Below, in pieces: positions 50,587 to 59,195 of a DNA stretch of 64,000 bases (position 1 is the stretch's first letter; every line of letters begins with the position of its first letter). The stretch lies in the IMG/VR virus record IMGVR_UViG_3300009703_001822, one strand, 5' to 3'. Below the pieces are notes generated by a model. It did no database searches, had not been told where the DNA came from, and saw only the letters and a program-made list of their open reading frames with translations. Source of the stretch: a virus. A program made the translations under genes and the position numbers.

Positions 50587-51621
50587 ATGAAGTTCCATAT
50601 ATTATATAATAATGAAAAGATTATACCAAACATAAGTCAGAACATAAGAAAATGGCCAGTTAGTTATGATATAGATAATGCAGAAGTGGTTCTTACATTT
50701 AAACTTAATACATACTCTGTTACAAAAAAATTTGCTAATCTATGGGAAACTACTCACTCTAATGCACTAAGACAAAATGGAGGTAGACAGTTTGAACAAC
50801 AGCAGCAGGTGTTTACACGACCTACACCTGAAAGAATCATGCGTTCACGAGAATTATATAATAAAACATTACAAGAAATTATTCCTTTTGTAAGTAGACA
50901 AAGTGCAGCAATAATTGTAGGTGGAGATTTAAATGTAGAAATATCTACAAAGCCTTATTTAGAAAAGTTTAATAGGGCTCATGAATTGTTTGAAAAGGAA
51001 TGTGCTAGTGTTATGCCTACAGGTAATAAGTATGAAGGTTCATGGGAAAAATGGCAAATAATACATAGAAATAGATTACAGTTATTGAATTCCATAATAC
51101 ATTTTAATGAAGAAGAAATAAGACCTAATCCTTCGCCTAAATATACAACTATAATATCTACTTCATATAACAGCGATCATATGGGAGACAATAACGATTC
51201 ATTTTTAATGGCAGATCATTTTTATAGGGACATGGTACCTTCAGATTATAGAGCCTTTTCCTTTGGTAAAGCAGTGCCTGGTACTTTATATTTAGACTTT
51301 GCTACTTTAGGTAAATGTTTAACAGAAATAGCAGGTACTAATGATGTAAGATTGTTAAGAACAGAAGGACCTTCTCAACAAAAAACAATATGGCCTTGGG
51401 TAAGATATTCCTGGGAGCCACCTCAACCACTTAGAGTTAAACAATATAATAAATGGATAATAAAAAACAAAGTAGGAAAGATACTAGACTTATCTAACCC
51501 TATGTACAAACCTGGTTTACACCCTTTAGGTGTATGCACATCTCATGATTTTACAAATGCTAAACAATTTGAGGACTTTATACAAGATAGAGCTGTAGTA
51601 GGAACAGTACTAGAAAGGTAA
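50587..51621 (+). CDS. Hypothetical protein
   Basis: 344-aa ORF preceded by the late-like box CATAAATA (50574-50581). Confidence 0.7.
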   Translation: MKFHILYNNEKIIPNISQNIRKWPVSYDIDNAEVVLTFKLNTYSVTKKFANLWETTHSNALRQNGGRQFEQQQQVFTRPTPERIMRSRELYNKTLQEIIPFVSRQSAAIIVGGDLNVEISTKPYLEKFNRAHELFEKECASVMPTGNKYEGSWEKWQIIHRNRLQLLNSIIHFNEEEIRPNPSPKYTTIISTSYNSDHMGDNNDSFLMADHFYRDMVPSDYRAFSFGKAVPGTLYLDFATLGKCLTEIAGTNDVRLLRTEGPSQQKTIWPWVRYSWEPPQPLRVKQYNKWIIKNKVGKILDLSNPMYKPGLHPLGVCTSHDFTNAKQFEDFIQDRAVVGTVLER

Positions 51622-51652
51622 CATAGAGTTTGATTTTAGGTTCGCCATTTGT

Positions 51653-51660
51653 TATAAATA
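51653..51660 (+). promoter_or_regulatory. Late promoter TATAAATA for iscU operon
   Basis: Exact consensus, intergenic. Confidence 0.72.
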
Positions 51661-51681
51661 CTAATATAACTCGGAGGATAT

Positions 51682-52116
51682 ATGGCATATAGTAAAAAGG
51701 TAGTAGATAGATTTAATGATGTATTGAATAATCCACAACAGCATGGGGTAGGACGATTTGATCCTAATGACCCTAATGTTGCTACAGGAATGACTGGAGC
51801 ACCAGCATGTGGAGATGTTATGAAACTAGATCTAAAAGTAAATCCTGATACAGATGTTATAGAAGATGTTAAGTTTAAAACATATGGTTGTGGTTCAGCT
51901 ATTGCTAGTTCAACTATGTTCGTTGAAATGCTTAAAGGTATTACAATGAAACAAGCCTTAGAAATTAAGGATAAAGATATAGCAGCAGCACTTGAATTAC
52001 CACCTATTAAGTTACATTGCTCTGTACTAGCAGAAGATAGTATTAAAAGAGCATTGAAAGATTGGGACGAAAAGAAAGCACACCGTGAACACAATGGAGC
52101 GCCAGTTGCAACCTAG
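51682..52116 (+). CDS. iscU: Fe-S cluster scaffold IscU
   Basis: GAPACGDVMKL, FKTYGCGSAIASS, LPPIKLHCSVLAED; three Cys and the His conserved. Confidence 0.95.
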   Translation: MAYSKKVVDRFNDVLNNPQQHGVGRFDPNDPNVATGMTGAPACGDVMKLDLKVNPDTDVIEDVKFKTYGCGSAIASSTMFVEMLKGITMKQALEIKDKDIAAALELPPIKLHCSVLAEDSIKRALKDWDEKKAHREHNGAPVAT

Positions 52117-52480
52117 TACTTTTGATCCTAACAATCTTATTGCTACATCGAGACCGCCTTTGGTTGACTTTTCACCTGAGGCTCTCGAACAAGTCTTAGA
52201 TAGGTTAGATAAGAAAGGACACAAAGGAATATTCTTTGGATTAACAGGCGGTGGCTGTGCAGGTTTTTCGTATGTATTTAATTATGCTGATGGACCAAAT
52301 CAGGAAAGTGATATAGAAATAGACTTTGGTAAATTTAAAGTCTGGATGGATGTAATGTCAGAAATGTACTTAACAGGTACGGTTATATCATGGAAAGTAG
52401 AAGGTTTGAATGAGGGTTTTGAATTCGTAAATCCTGCAGAACAATCTGCTTGTGGTTGTGGTGTAAGCGTATCATTTTAG
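52094..52480 (+). CDS. iscA: A-type Fe-S carrier IscA/HesB family
   Basis: GGGCAGFSY, F.NP...ACGCG.S. Confidence 0.9.
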   Translation: MERQLQPSTFDPNNLIATSRPPLVDFSPEALEQVLDRLDKKGHKGIFFGLTGGGCAGFSYVFNYADGPNQESDIEIDFGKFKVWMDVMSEMYLTGTVISWKVEGLNEGFEFVNPAEQSACGCGVSVSF

Positions 52481-52489
52481 GAGTATATT

Positions 52490-52648
52490 ATGGCAAAATC
52501 ATGGAGTGGAAAACTCACACATACTGGTGTTAAAAAATCGACATCACAAGGACAAGGCGGTAGAGGAAGAAAAGTAAAAATTTCTACTTCTACGATGAAT
52601 AAAAATAAAAAACGATCGTATAAGAGATATAGAGGACAAGGTAAATGA
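52490..52648 (+). CDS. 52-aa highly basic peptide ending YRGQGK (not in ORF track)
   Basis: AGGAG SD; MAKSWSGKLTHTGVKKSTSQGQGGRGRKVKISTSTMNKNKKRSYKRYRGQGK; ATGA overlap with g3. Confidence 0.8.
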   Translation: MAKSWSGKLTHTGVKKSTSQGQGGRGRKVKISTSTMNKNKKRSYKRYRGQGK

Positions 52649-53235
52649 CAACAACTAATATTACGAATGTTACAGAAGCATCGTGGAGTAATAATAATCC
52701 TAATGAATTAGATTATTTGCGTCCTAACGCATTTAAATTTCAGATACATAACATTCCTAATACAAGTTATTTTTGTCAAGCAGCAAACATACCTGAAATG
52801 AATTTGCCTCCTGCTATTCAACCCAGTCCTTTAGTTGATATAGGACAACCGGGAGACAAGATAGAGTTTGGTAACTTAATGATACGATTCCTCATACAAG
52901 AGGACATGAAAAATTACAAAGAGTTATATGACTGGGTAGTTGGTTTAGGATTTCCTAAGAACCATAAACAGTTTGCAGACTATGGCCAAACACAGGAATA
53001 TAGATTTCCTGATATAGACCCTCAAAAACAAAAAAGTTTAGCACAATTTAGTGATGCTTCACTTACACTATTAGATTCAAACAATAACCCTAAAATAATA
53101 TTTAGATTTACAGATGCTTTTCCAATTAGTCTACAAGGTTTAGACTTTGAGATATCTACAGGACAAACAGATTATATGATTGGTGTAGCATTCTTTAAAT
53201 ACAGCTATTACGATATAGAAGTTTTAGGTACATAA
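52645..53235 (+). CDS. g3: Tail completion / sheath stabiliser gp3
   Basis: YL.PNAFKF, YFCQAANIP, PGDK..FG.L..RFL..EDM.NY, SDASL, AFP.SL. Confidence 0.88.
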   Translation: MTTTNITNVTEASWSNNNPNELDYLRPNAFKFQIHNIPNTSYFCQAANIPEMNLPPAIQPSPLVDIGQPGDKIEFGNLMIRFLIQEDMKNYKELYDWVVGLGFPKNHKQFADYGQTQEYRFPDIDPQKQKSLAQFSDASLTLLDSNNNPKIIFRFTDAFPISLQGLDFEISTGQTDYMIGVAFFKYSYYDIEVLGT

Positions 53236-53257
53236 TACCAATTGGTACAATAACCTA

Positions 53258-53286
53258 TTGACTCTTAGTACATAAGAGCCTATAAT
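53258..53286 (+). promoter_or_regulatory. Sigma70-type promoter for uvsY-uvsW-g55
   Basis: TTGACT-17 nt-TATAAT. Confidence 0.8.
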
Positions 53287-53295
53287 GTGTATATT

Positions 53296-53739
53296 ATGAT
53301 TAGTCTACAAGAATTACAAGAGATGTGGCAAGAAGACTGTAAAGTTGATCAACTCAACTTAGGACAGGAATCTACACGCATACCTGAATTACATTCTAAA
53401 TACTTAAATCATCTAACAACCTTACGACTACAATGTAGAAAGGCACAGAGTGAATTACTAAAGCACAGAAGGTTGAAGTGGAAATATTACAGAGGCGAAC
53501 TAGACCAAAAAGAACTAAATGAATTAGGTTGGGATCAATATTTAGGTAATGCACCACTCAATAATCAGATGAATGACTTCTTAGATACAGACGACGATGT
53601 AATTAAACTTACAGACAAATTAGAATATCTAAATACATGTTTAACATTCGTAGAAAGTTGCATGAAAGCTATTGGAAGTAGGTCTTTCGATATTAAAAAT
53701 GCAATTGAGTGGACAAAGTTTACAAATGGCTCTTATTAA
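53296..53739 (+). CDS. uvsY: Recombination mediator UvsY
   Basis: ES.RIPELHSKYL, KWKYYRG, R.FDIKNAIEW.KF. Confidence 0.9.
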   Translation: MISLQELQEMWQEDCKVDQLNLGQESTRIPELHSKYLNHLTTLRLQCRKAQSELLKHRRLKWKYYRGELDQKELNELGWDQYLGNAPLNNQMNDFLDTDDDVIKLTDKLEYLNTCLTFVESCMKAIGSRSFDIKNAIEWTKFTNGSY

Positions 53740-55198
53740 AATTATTAAGAAAGACGAAGTACATATAAAAGTAGATACAGATCCAAGTACTGCACAAGAA
53801 ATATGTGACTTCTTTACATTTGATGTACCCGGTGCCAGATTTATGCCACTATACAGAAAGAAAGTATGGGACGGCAAAGCAAGATTATTTAATGTGTATA
53901 ATAGAGAGTTATACATAGGACTATTACCGTATTTAAAAGAGTTTGCAGAAACACTTGAATACGATATTGAAGTAAACATGCCTAACATAGGCGAAGAGAT
54001 AGACATTGAACGATTCACTAATGAACTGAGGTTACAAGCTAATGGAAAACCTATCGAAATCCGAGACTATCAGAAACAAGCAGTTACACAGGCAATTACT
54101 ACGGGGAGAACTTTACTCTTATCTCCTACTGCTAGTGGGAAGTCTCTCATTATATACGCTCTTATTCGTTATCACCAACTAAAGGGAAGAAAACAATTAA
54201 TAATAGTTCCTACTACATCATTGGTAGAACAAATGTACGGAGACTTTCAAGACTATTCTACAGCCAATGGTTGGAAGGTACAGGAAAATTGTCATAGGAT
54301 ATATGGTGGCAAAGAAAAAACAAATGAATACCCTATAACAATAAGTACATGGCAATCTATATACAAGTATCCTAAAAAATGGTTTGAACAATTTGATGTT
54401 GTATATGGAGATGAGGCACACTTGTTTAAGGCAAAGTCTTTAACAACATTAATGAACAAACTTGTTGCAACACCTTATAGAGTAGGAACAACAGGCACAT
54501 TAGATGGCACAAAGACACATAGATTAGTATTAGAAGGTGTGTTTGGACAAGTACATAAGGTTACTACAACTAAAAAATTAATGGATGATAAACAACTTGC
54601 CAATCTTAAGATTGTTTGTTGTATGATTAACTGGAAGGACGCACATAGAAAAGAAGTTAAGGGTATGACTTACCAAGAAGAGATTGATTGGATAGTAACA
54701 CACCCAGATCGTAATGAAATTATAAAAAACTTAACTATTGCACAAGAAGGTAATACACTTGTCCTGTTTCAGTATGTGGAAAAGCATGGTGTAGTATTAC
54801 ATGAAATGATAAGTAAGGCAGTAAAAGCAAATAGAAAAGTGTTCTTTGTATATGGAGGCACAGATACAGAGGTTAGAGAAGAAATAAGAGCTATTACAGA
54901 GAAACAAGACGATGCTATTATAATTGCCTCATACGGCACATTTTCCACGGGTATAAATATAAGGAACCTACATAATATTGTTTTCGCCTCACCTAGTAAG
55001 AGTAGAATACGAAACTTACAAAGTATAGGAAGAGGTTTGAGAAAAGGAGACAACAAAGTTGAGTGTAGACTTTTTGATATAGGAGATGATTTATCCTGGA
55101 AGTCTAAAAAGAACTACACAATGAACCATTTAATAGAAAGGATCAAGCTTTATAATGAAGAAGGCTTCAATTATAAACTTGTTAAACTAGATGTCTGA
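53726..55198 (+). CDS. uvsW: SF2 helicase UvsW
   Basis: SPTASGKS, DEAH, TGT, STGINI, QSIGRGLR; start re-called at ATG 53726. Confidence 0.95.
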   Translation: MALIKIIKKDEVHIKVDTDPSTAQEICDFFTFDVPGARFMPLYRKKVWDGKARLFNVYNRELYIGLLPYLKEFAETLEYDIEVNMPNIGEEIDIERFTNELRLQANGKPIEIRDYQKQAVTQAITTGRTLLLSPTASGKSLIIYALIRYHQLKGRKQLIIVPTTSLVEQMYGDFQDYSTANGWKVQENCHRIYGGKEKTNEYPITISTWQSIYKYPKKWFEQFDVVYGDEAHLFKAKSLTTLMNKLVATPYRVGTTGTLDGTKTHRLVLEGVFGQVHKVTTTKKLMDDKQLANLKIVCCMINWKDAHRKEVKGMTYQEEIDWIVTHPDRNEIIKNLTIAQEGNTLVLFQYVEKHGVVLHEMISKAVKANRKVFFVYGGTDTEVREEIRAITEKQDDAIIIASYGTFSTGINIRNLHNIVFASPSKSRIRNLQSIGRGLRKGDNKVECRLFDIGDDLSWKSKKNYTMNHLIERIKLYNEEGFNYKLVKLDV

Positions 55199-55583
55199 AC
55201 AAATATCAATATTAAAACTTAAGGACGGAAGTACAATAGTAGGGAAGGTGAAAACTTCTGGAGATATAGTAGAAATAGAACATCCAATAGAATTGGTATC
55301 TAATGTAATGCCTTTGAGCGGAGTATTAGGAGAACAAATTAATTTAAGACCTTGGGTGGCTATATCTGAGGAAACAACATTCACAATTGAAAGGTATAAT
55401 GTTATTACAATAGCAACCTTACAGGAGAATTTTAGAGAAGGGTATGGTAGAATGGTGGAAACAATTTATCTTAATCCTCCAGATTGGGACGGTCCAATGA
55501 CAGAGGAAGAGATACAAGCATCAGAAGATATTGATACCCTAGCAGAGCTTGCCGAAGCTATGCTAAAGAACAAAATACATTAG
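55191..55583 (+). CDS. Conserved hypothetical protein (Sm-like fold) between uvsW and g55
   Basis: ILKLKDGSTIVG, L.PW; synteny. Confidence 0.65.
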   Translation: MSEQISILKLKDGSTIVGKVKTSGDIVEIEHPIELVSNVMPLSGVLGEQINLRPWVAISEETTFTIERYNVITIATLQENFREGYGRMVETIYLNPPDWDGPMTEEEIQASEDIDTLAELAEAMLKNKIH

Positions 55584-55592
55584 GAGTATATT

Positions 55593-56198
55593 ATGGCAAA
55601 AAGACGTGACCCAAATTCGGCTCACTATATAAACAACAAGGAGTTCCTTGTGGCAATGACTGAATATAGGGAGTTAAGATTAGAAGCAGAAGAGAGTGGT
55701 GAGGATAGACCACGAGTAACCAACTATATAGGAGAGTGCTTTGTTAAAATAGCAAATCACTTAGCTTATAAATCCAATTTCGTAAATTATACATTTAGAG
55801 ATGAAATGATTTTAGACGGTATTGAAAATTGTCTTACATATATGGACAACTTTGATCCAGCAAAATCTAAAAATCCATTTGCATACTTTACACAAATTAC
55901 ATACTACGCATTCATTAGGCGTATTCAAAAAGAAAAAAGACAAATGGAGACTAAGTTCAAATATATTAAGAGCTTAGACATAGATCAAATTTTGGAACAG
56001 AGTGCAGACGGAAGTGAACACTCTAATGATTACCTTAGTTATATGAGAGGTATCATTGAACAGGCAGAGGCAGATAACGCAGCTGCTGATAAAGCTAATG
56101 AAGGTAAGAAAGTTCATAAGCGTAGACCAAAATACTTAGACGAAAAAATTAAGGCAGAAGAGGCAGAAAAGGCCAAAAAAGGTAAACAAGACTCTTGA
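55593..56198 (+). CDS. g55: Late-transcription sigma factor gp55
   Basis: HYINNKEF, YIGECF.KIA.HL, NF.NYT, NPFAYFTQI.YYAF.RRI.KEK. Confidence 0.95.
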   Translation: MAKRRDPNSAHYINNKEFLVAMTEYRELRLEAEESGEDRPRVTNYIGECFVKIANHLAYKSNFVNYTFRDEMILDGIENCLTYMDNFDPAKSKNPFAYFTQITYYAFIRRIQKEKRQMETKFKYIKSLDIDQILEQSADGSEHSNDYLSYMRGIIEQAEADNAAADKANEGKKVHKRRPKYLDEKIKAEEAEKAKKGKQDS

Positions 56199-56224
56199 TA
56201 ATAGGTTCAGGTATCATATATAAT
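56195..56224 (+). promoter_or_regulatory. Possible sigma70-type promoter for queE
   Basis: TTGATA-18 nt-TATAAT, 8 nt before the ATG. Confidence 0.5.
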
Positions 56225-56232
56225 ATCACACT

Positions 56233-57114
56233 ATGGCAAAGTTAAGATATAGCGAAGCATTTTATAGCGTACAAGGTGAGGGTAGATTCGTAGGTGTTCC
56301 TAGTGTCTTCCTAAGAGTCTTTGGTTGCAATTTTGAATGTAGAGGTTTTGGACAGGAACGAGGCAATATTATTCCTGTAGAAGAAATGCCCTATATGACA
56401 GACGAGCGTGCTGAAAAAACACATGAACTGGCATACAAATCCATAGAAGAACTTCCTGTTACACCTATTGGGTGTGATAGTTCTGCCTCATGGGCTATGA
56501 AATACAAACATCTACAACTAACAAAGACAACAGACGAGGTGTTTGAACATATTGTAAGTTTACTTCCTAATGGTAAATTTAATGAGAGTGAAGACATACA
56601 TCTTGTTATTACAGGTGGTGAACCTTTACTAGGTTGGCAAAGAGTATGGCCTGAATTATTAGAAATGTGTAAAGAAATAGGTTTGAAAAATGTAACCTAT
56701 GAAACAAATGGCACACAGAATTTACAACAACAATTTATTGACTACCTAAATGGAGATGGTAAAGACATACATATTACATGGTCCACATCTCCTAAATTAT
56801 CTATCTCAGGTGAAGAACAATTTGACGCACTTATACCTGAGGCACTATTAGATATGAATATGGTAAGCAATAGTCATCTATATAATAAATTTGTCGTCAG
56901 AGATATAGAAGACTTTAAAGAAGTAGATATCTTCGTGGAGGCTTACAAAGAGGCAGGTGTAAAACTAGATGCCATTTATTGTATGCCTGAAGGAGCTACA
57001 TTAGAACAACAACATTTGACGGCAAAAGGTGTTGCAGACGCTTGTATGCAGACAGGTTACAAGTATAGCCCTAGATTACATATAGATTTGTTTGGCAATG
57101 CCTGGGGAACTTAA
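56233..57114 (+). CDS. queE: 7-carboxy-7-deazaguanine synthase (radical SAM)
   Basis: EAFYSVQGEG..G.PSVFLR..GCN..C...CDS, ITGGEP, ETNGT, SPKL, SPRLH. Confidence 0.9.
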   Translation: MAKLRYSEAFYSVQGEGRFVGVPSVFLRVFGCNFECRGFGQERGNIIPVEEMPYMTDERAEKTHELAYKSIEELPVTPIGCDSSASWAMKYKHLQLTKTTDEVFEHIVSLLPNGKFNESEDIHLVITGGEPLLGWQRVWPELLEMCKEIGLKNVTYETNGTQNLQQQFIDYLNGDGKDIHITWSTSPKLSISGEEQFDALIPEALLDMNMVSNSHLYNKFVVRDIEDFKEVDIFVEAYKEAGVKLDAIYCMPEGATLEQQHLTAKGVADACMQTGYKYSPRLHIDLFGNAWGT

Positions 57115-57116
57115 TT

Positions 57117-57317
57117 ATGAAATGGTGGAAAATACTATGGCAACAAAATCCTGAAAAGGATATTGATACATACAAAGAACCTGATCCAGATGAAGTAACA
57201 ATAGACAATGCTTACAAGACAAGATGGATTTGGTATCATACTATATTAGCAGTAGAATTATTATTGGTTGTTATTATACAACTTTGTATATTACTATTAT
57301 TGGCGGTAAAACTTTGA
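57117..57317 (+). CDS. Small membrane-anchored protein
   Basis: C-terminal hydrophobic helix. Confidence 0.65.
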   Translation: MKWWKILWQQNPEKDIDTYKEPDPDEVTIDNAYKTRWIWYHTILAVELLLVVIIQLCILLLLAVKL

Positions 57318-57568
57318 GTGTCAATTTAGTAAAATTAAATAATGGAGAACTCGTGTACGGTGAGAAAGAGGAAATAAAAGAATACTGTGAACAAAAGGAA
57401 ACAGATGTAGAAACTTGGTATAACTATGTTGCTCCTAGTACGGTACAATCTCATTTCACATACATAGGTAAAAGAATGTGTGATCCTTATTCAATAGCAA
57501 GACCTATTTACCAAAGAGATGAGAATGGAGAGTATGTAGGTCTTACGGAGTTTAAAGAAAAATGGTAG
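57314..57568 (+). CDS. Hypothetical protein
   Basis: Probable TTG start overlapping the upstream stop; fills the operon. Confidence 0.55.
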   Translation: MSVNLVKLNNGELVYGEKEEIKEYCEQKETDVETWYNYVAPSTVQSHFTYIGKRMCDPYSIARPIYQRDENGEYVGLTEFKEKW

Positions 57569-57987
57569 GTGACGCAATAAAACTTTATGTATCATGGGAT
57601 GATGTTAATGCCATGGTCTTCAAATTATACAAACAATTAAAGAATGAGAACATAGACAAAGTGGTAGGTATATCACGAGGTGGATTGATACCAGGTGTTA
57701 TGCTTTCTCATTGGCTAGATGCTGGCTTTGAACCTCTTGAATGGCAAACCAGAGATGGAGAGTTTCAGGATAAGATTAAAGCTAACGGGTTCAACAAAAA
57801 TTTAAGAGGCACCATTTTTGTTGATGATATTTGTGATAGTGCCTTAACAATTAATCAGATCAAGGAAATTATTCCAAAGAGCCGGTGGGCTGTATTACAC
57901 CAAAAAGCTGATATAGAGCTTGACTTTGTAGCCGAAAGACTGCATAATAACGACAAAAGATGGATAATTTACCCTTGGGAGGAGTAA
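57562..57987 (+). CDS. Purine phosphoribosyltransferase (xanthine-guanine PRT-like)
   Basis: VSWDDV, GISRGGLIP, FVDDICDS PRPP loop, WIIYPWE. Confidence 0.85.
   Translation: MVGDAIKLYVSWDDVNAMVFKLYKQLKNENIDKVVGISRGGLIPGVMLSHWLDAGFEPLEWQTRDGEFQDKIKANGFNKNLRGTIFVDDICDSALTINQIKEIIPKSRWAVLHQKADIELDFVAERLHNNDKRWIIYPWEE
57920..57948 (+). promoter_or_regulatory. Internal sigma70-type promoter upstream of folE
   Basis: TTGACT-17 nt-CATAAT, closely similar to the 24412 promoter. Confidence 0.65.
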
Positions 57988-58005
57988 TCTCATACAGGAG
58001 AAAAT

Positions 58006-58686
58006 ATGATTAGTAAAGAGATAATAGCAAGACTAAAGGACAAAGGCAAACGCTTTTATGCTGGTGATAATATATCAGAAGTCCTAGAGCCTGGCGACAA
58101 GGAGAAACTAATTGACGAACTACAAGGCAAGTTCTATGAAGTTCTAAAGTCATTAGTTATTGATACAGAAAACGATCCTAACAGTATGGACACACCTAGG
58201 CGATTAGCAAAGATGTATGTTAATGAAATTATGTCAGGTAGGTATAACACTATGCCTAACCCTAATGCTTTTCCTAATTATGTGGAAGGCGGATATGAAG
58301 GCATGTTGGTAGTGAGAAGTGAATTAAAAAGTATGTGTTCACATCATCATCAACCTGTTACAGGTATTGCATACATAGGAATAATTGCTGGTGATAAACT
58401 ATTAGGTTTATCTAAATACACAAGGATAGCACAATGGTGTGCTAGACGAGGTACATTACAAGAAGAACTTAATGTAATGATAGCAGATGAAATCCAGAGG
58501 CAATGTGAAACAGAACATGTAGGAGTCTATATACAGGCAACACATGGTTGTTGCGAGAATAGAGGCATAATGGCTAACAGTTCTTTAACACAGACTACTG
58601 TTTTACGAGGTGGTTTTAAGAAAGAAGACTTGAAGAAAGAATTCTTTGATAATATAACACAACAACAAATGGTATCACCTAGATAA
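58006..58686 (+). CDS. folE: GTP cyclohydrolase I
   Basis: TPRRLAKMY, SMCSHHH, GLSK..R, LQE, HGCC..RG. Confidence 0.95.
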   Translation: MISKEIIARLKDKGKRFYAGDNISEVLEPGDKEKLIDELQGKFYEVLKSLVIDTENDPNSMDTPRRLAKMYVNEIMSGRYNTMPNPNAFPNYVEGGYEGMLVVRSELKSMCSHHHQPVTGIAYIGIIAGDKLLGLSKYTRIAQWCARRGTLQEELNVMIADEIQRQCETEHVGVYIQATHGCCENRGIMANSSLTQTTVLRGGFKKEDLKKEFFDNITQQQMVSPR

Positions 58687-59195
58687 TGGATATTAATAGT
58701 AAACATATAGTAGTAGATTTAGAAACTTTAAGTACACATTCTAATGCGTGTATAGTTTCTATTGGAGCGTGTCTTGTAGAAAATTTAGAAATTACAGACA
58801 CATTTTATATTAATGTAAACGGAGTCGAAGGACGACAGGCAGGATTACATGTTGAAACGGAAACGATTAAGTGGTGGGAAGAACAACCTAAAGAGGCAAG
58901 AGAGGCATGGCAACGAGATCCACAACCTCTCAAAGATTCTTTGGAGTCTTTCAGTAAGTATTATGGCATTGATTCTATTCCTATTTGGGGTTATGGCGCT
59001 AACTTTGATGTAGTCATATTAGAAAATGCTTACAGAGCTATGGGTATGCAAATACCTTGGAAGTTCTGGGACATATACTGTTTAAGAACTCTAATGAATG
59101 TATTAGATAGGAGACTCCCTAAGGCAAATAATCATAATGCTTTGGACGATGCAACAGCCCAAGCAAATATGTTAATTGAAATATTGAAAACATGA
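58686..59195 (+). CDS. DEDDh 3'-5' exonuclease (DexA-like)
   Basis: VDLETL, WGYGANFD, HNALDDA. Confidence 0.85.
   Translation: MDINSKHIVVDLETLSTHSNACIVSIGACLVENLEITDTFYINVNGVEGRQAGLHVETETIKWWEEQPKEAREAWQRDPQPLKDSLESFSKYYGIDSIPIWGYGANFDVVILENAYRAMGMQIPWKFWDIYCLRTLMNVLDRRLPKANNHNALDDATAQANMLIEILKT

Noticed and set aside
54952-54959. TATAAATA inside uvsW as an autoregulatory promoter for g55
   Set aside because: Coincides with codons of the conserved GINI helicase motif in AT-rich DNA; may be chance
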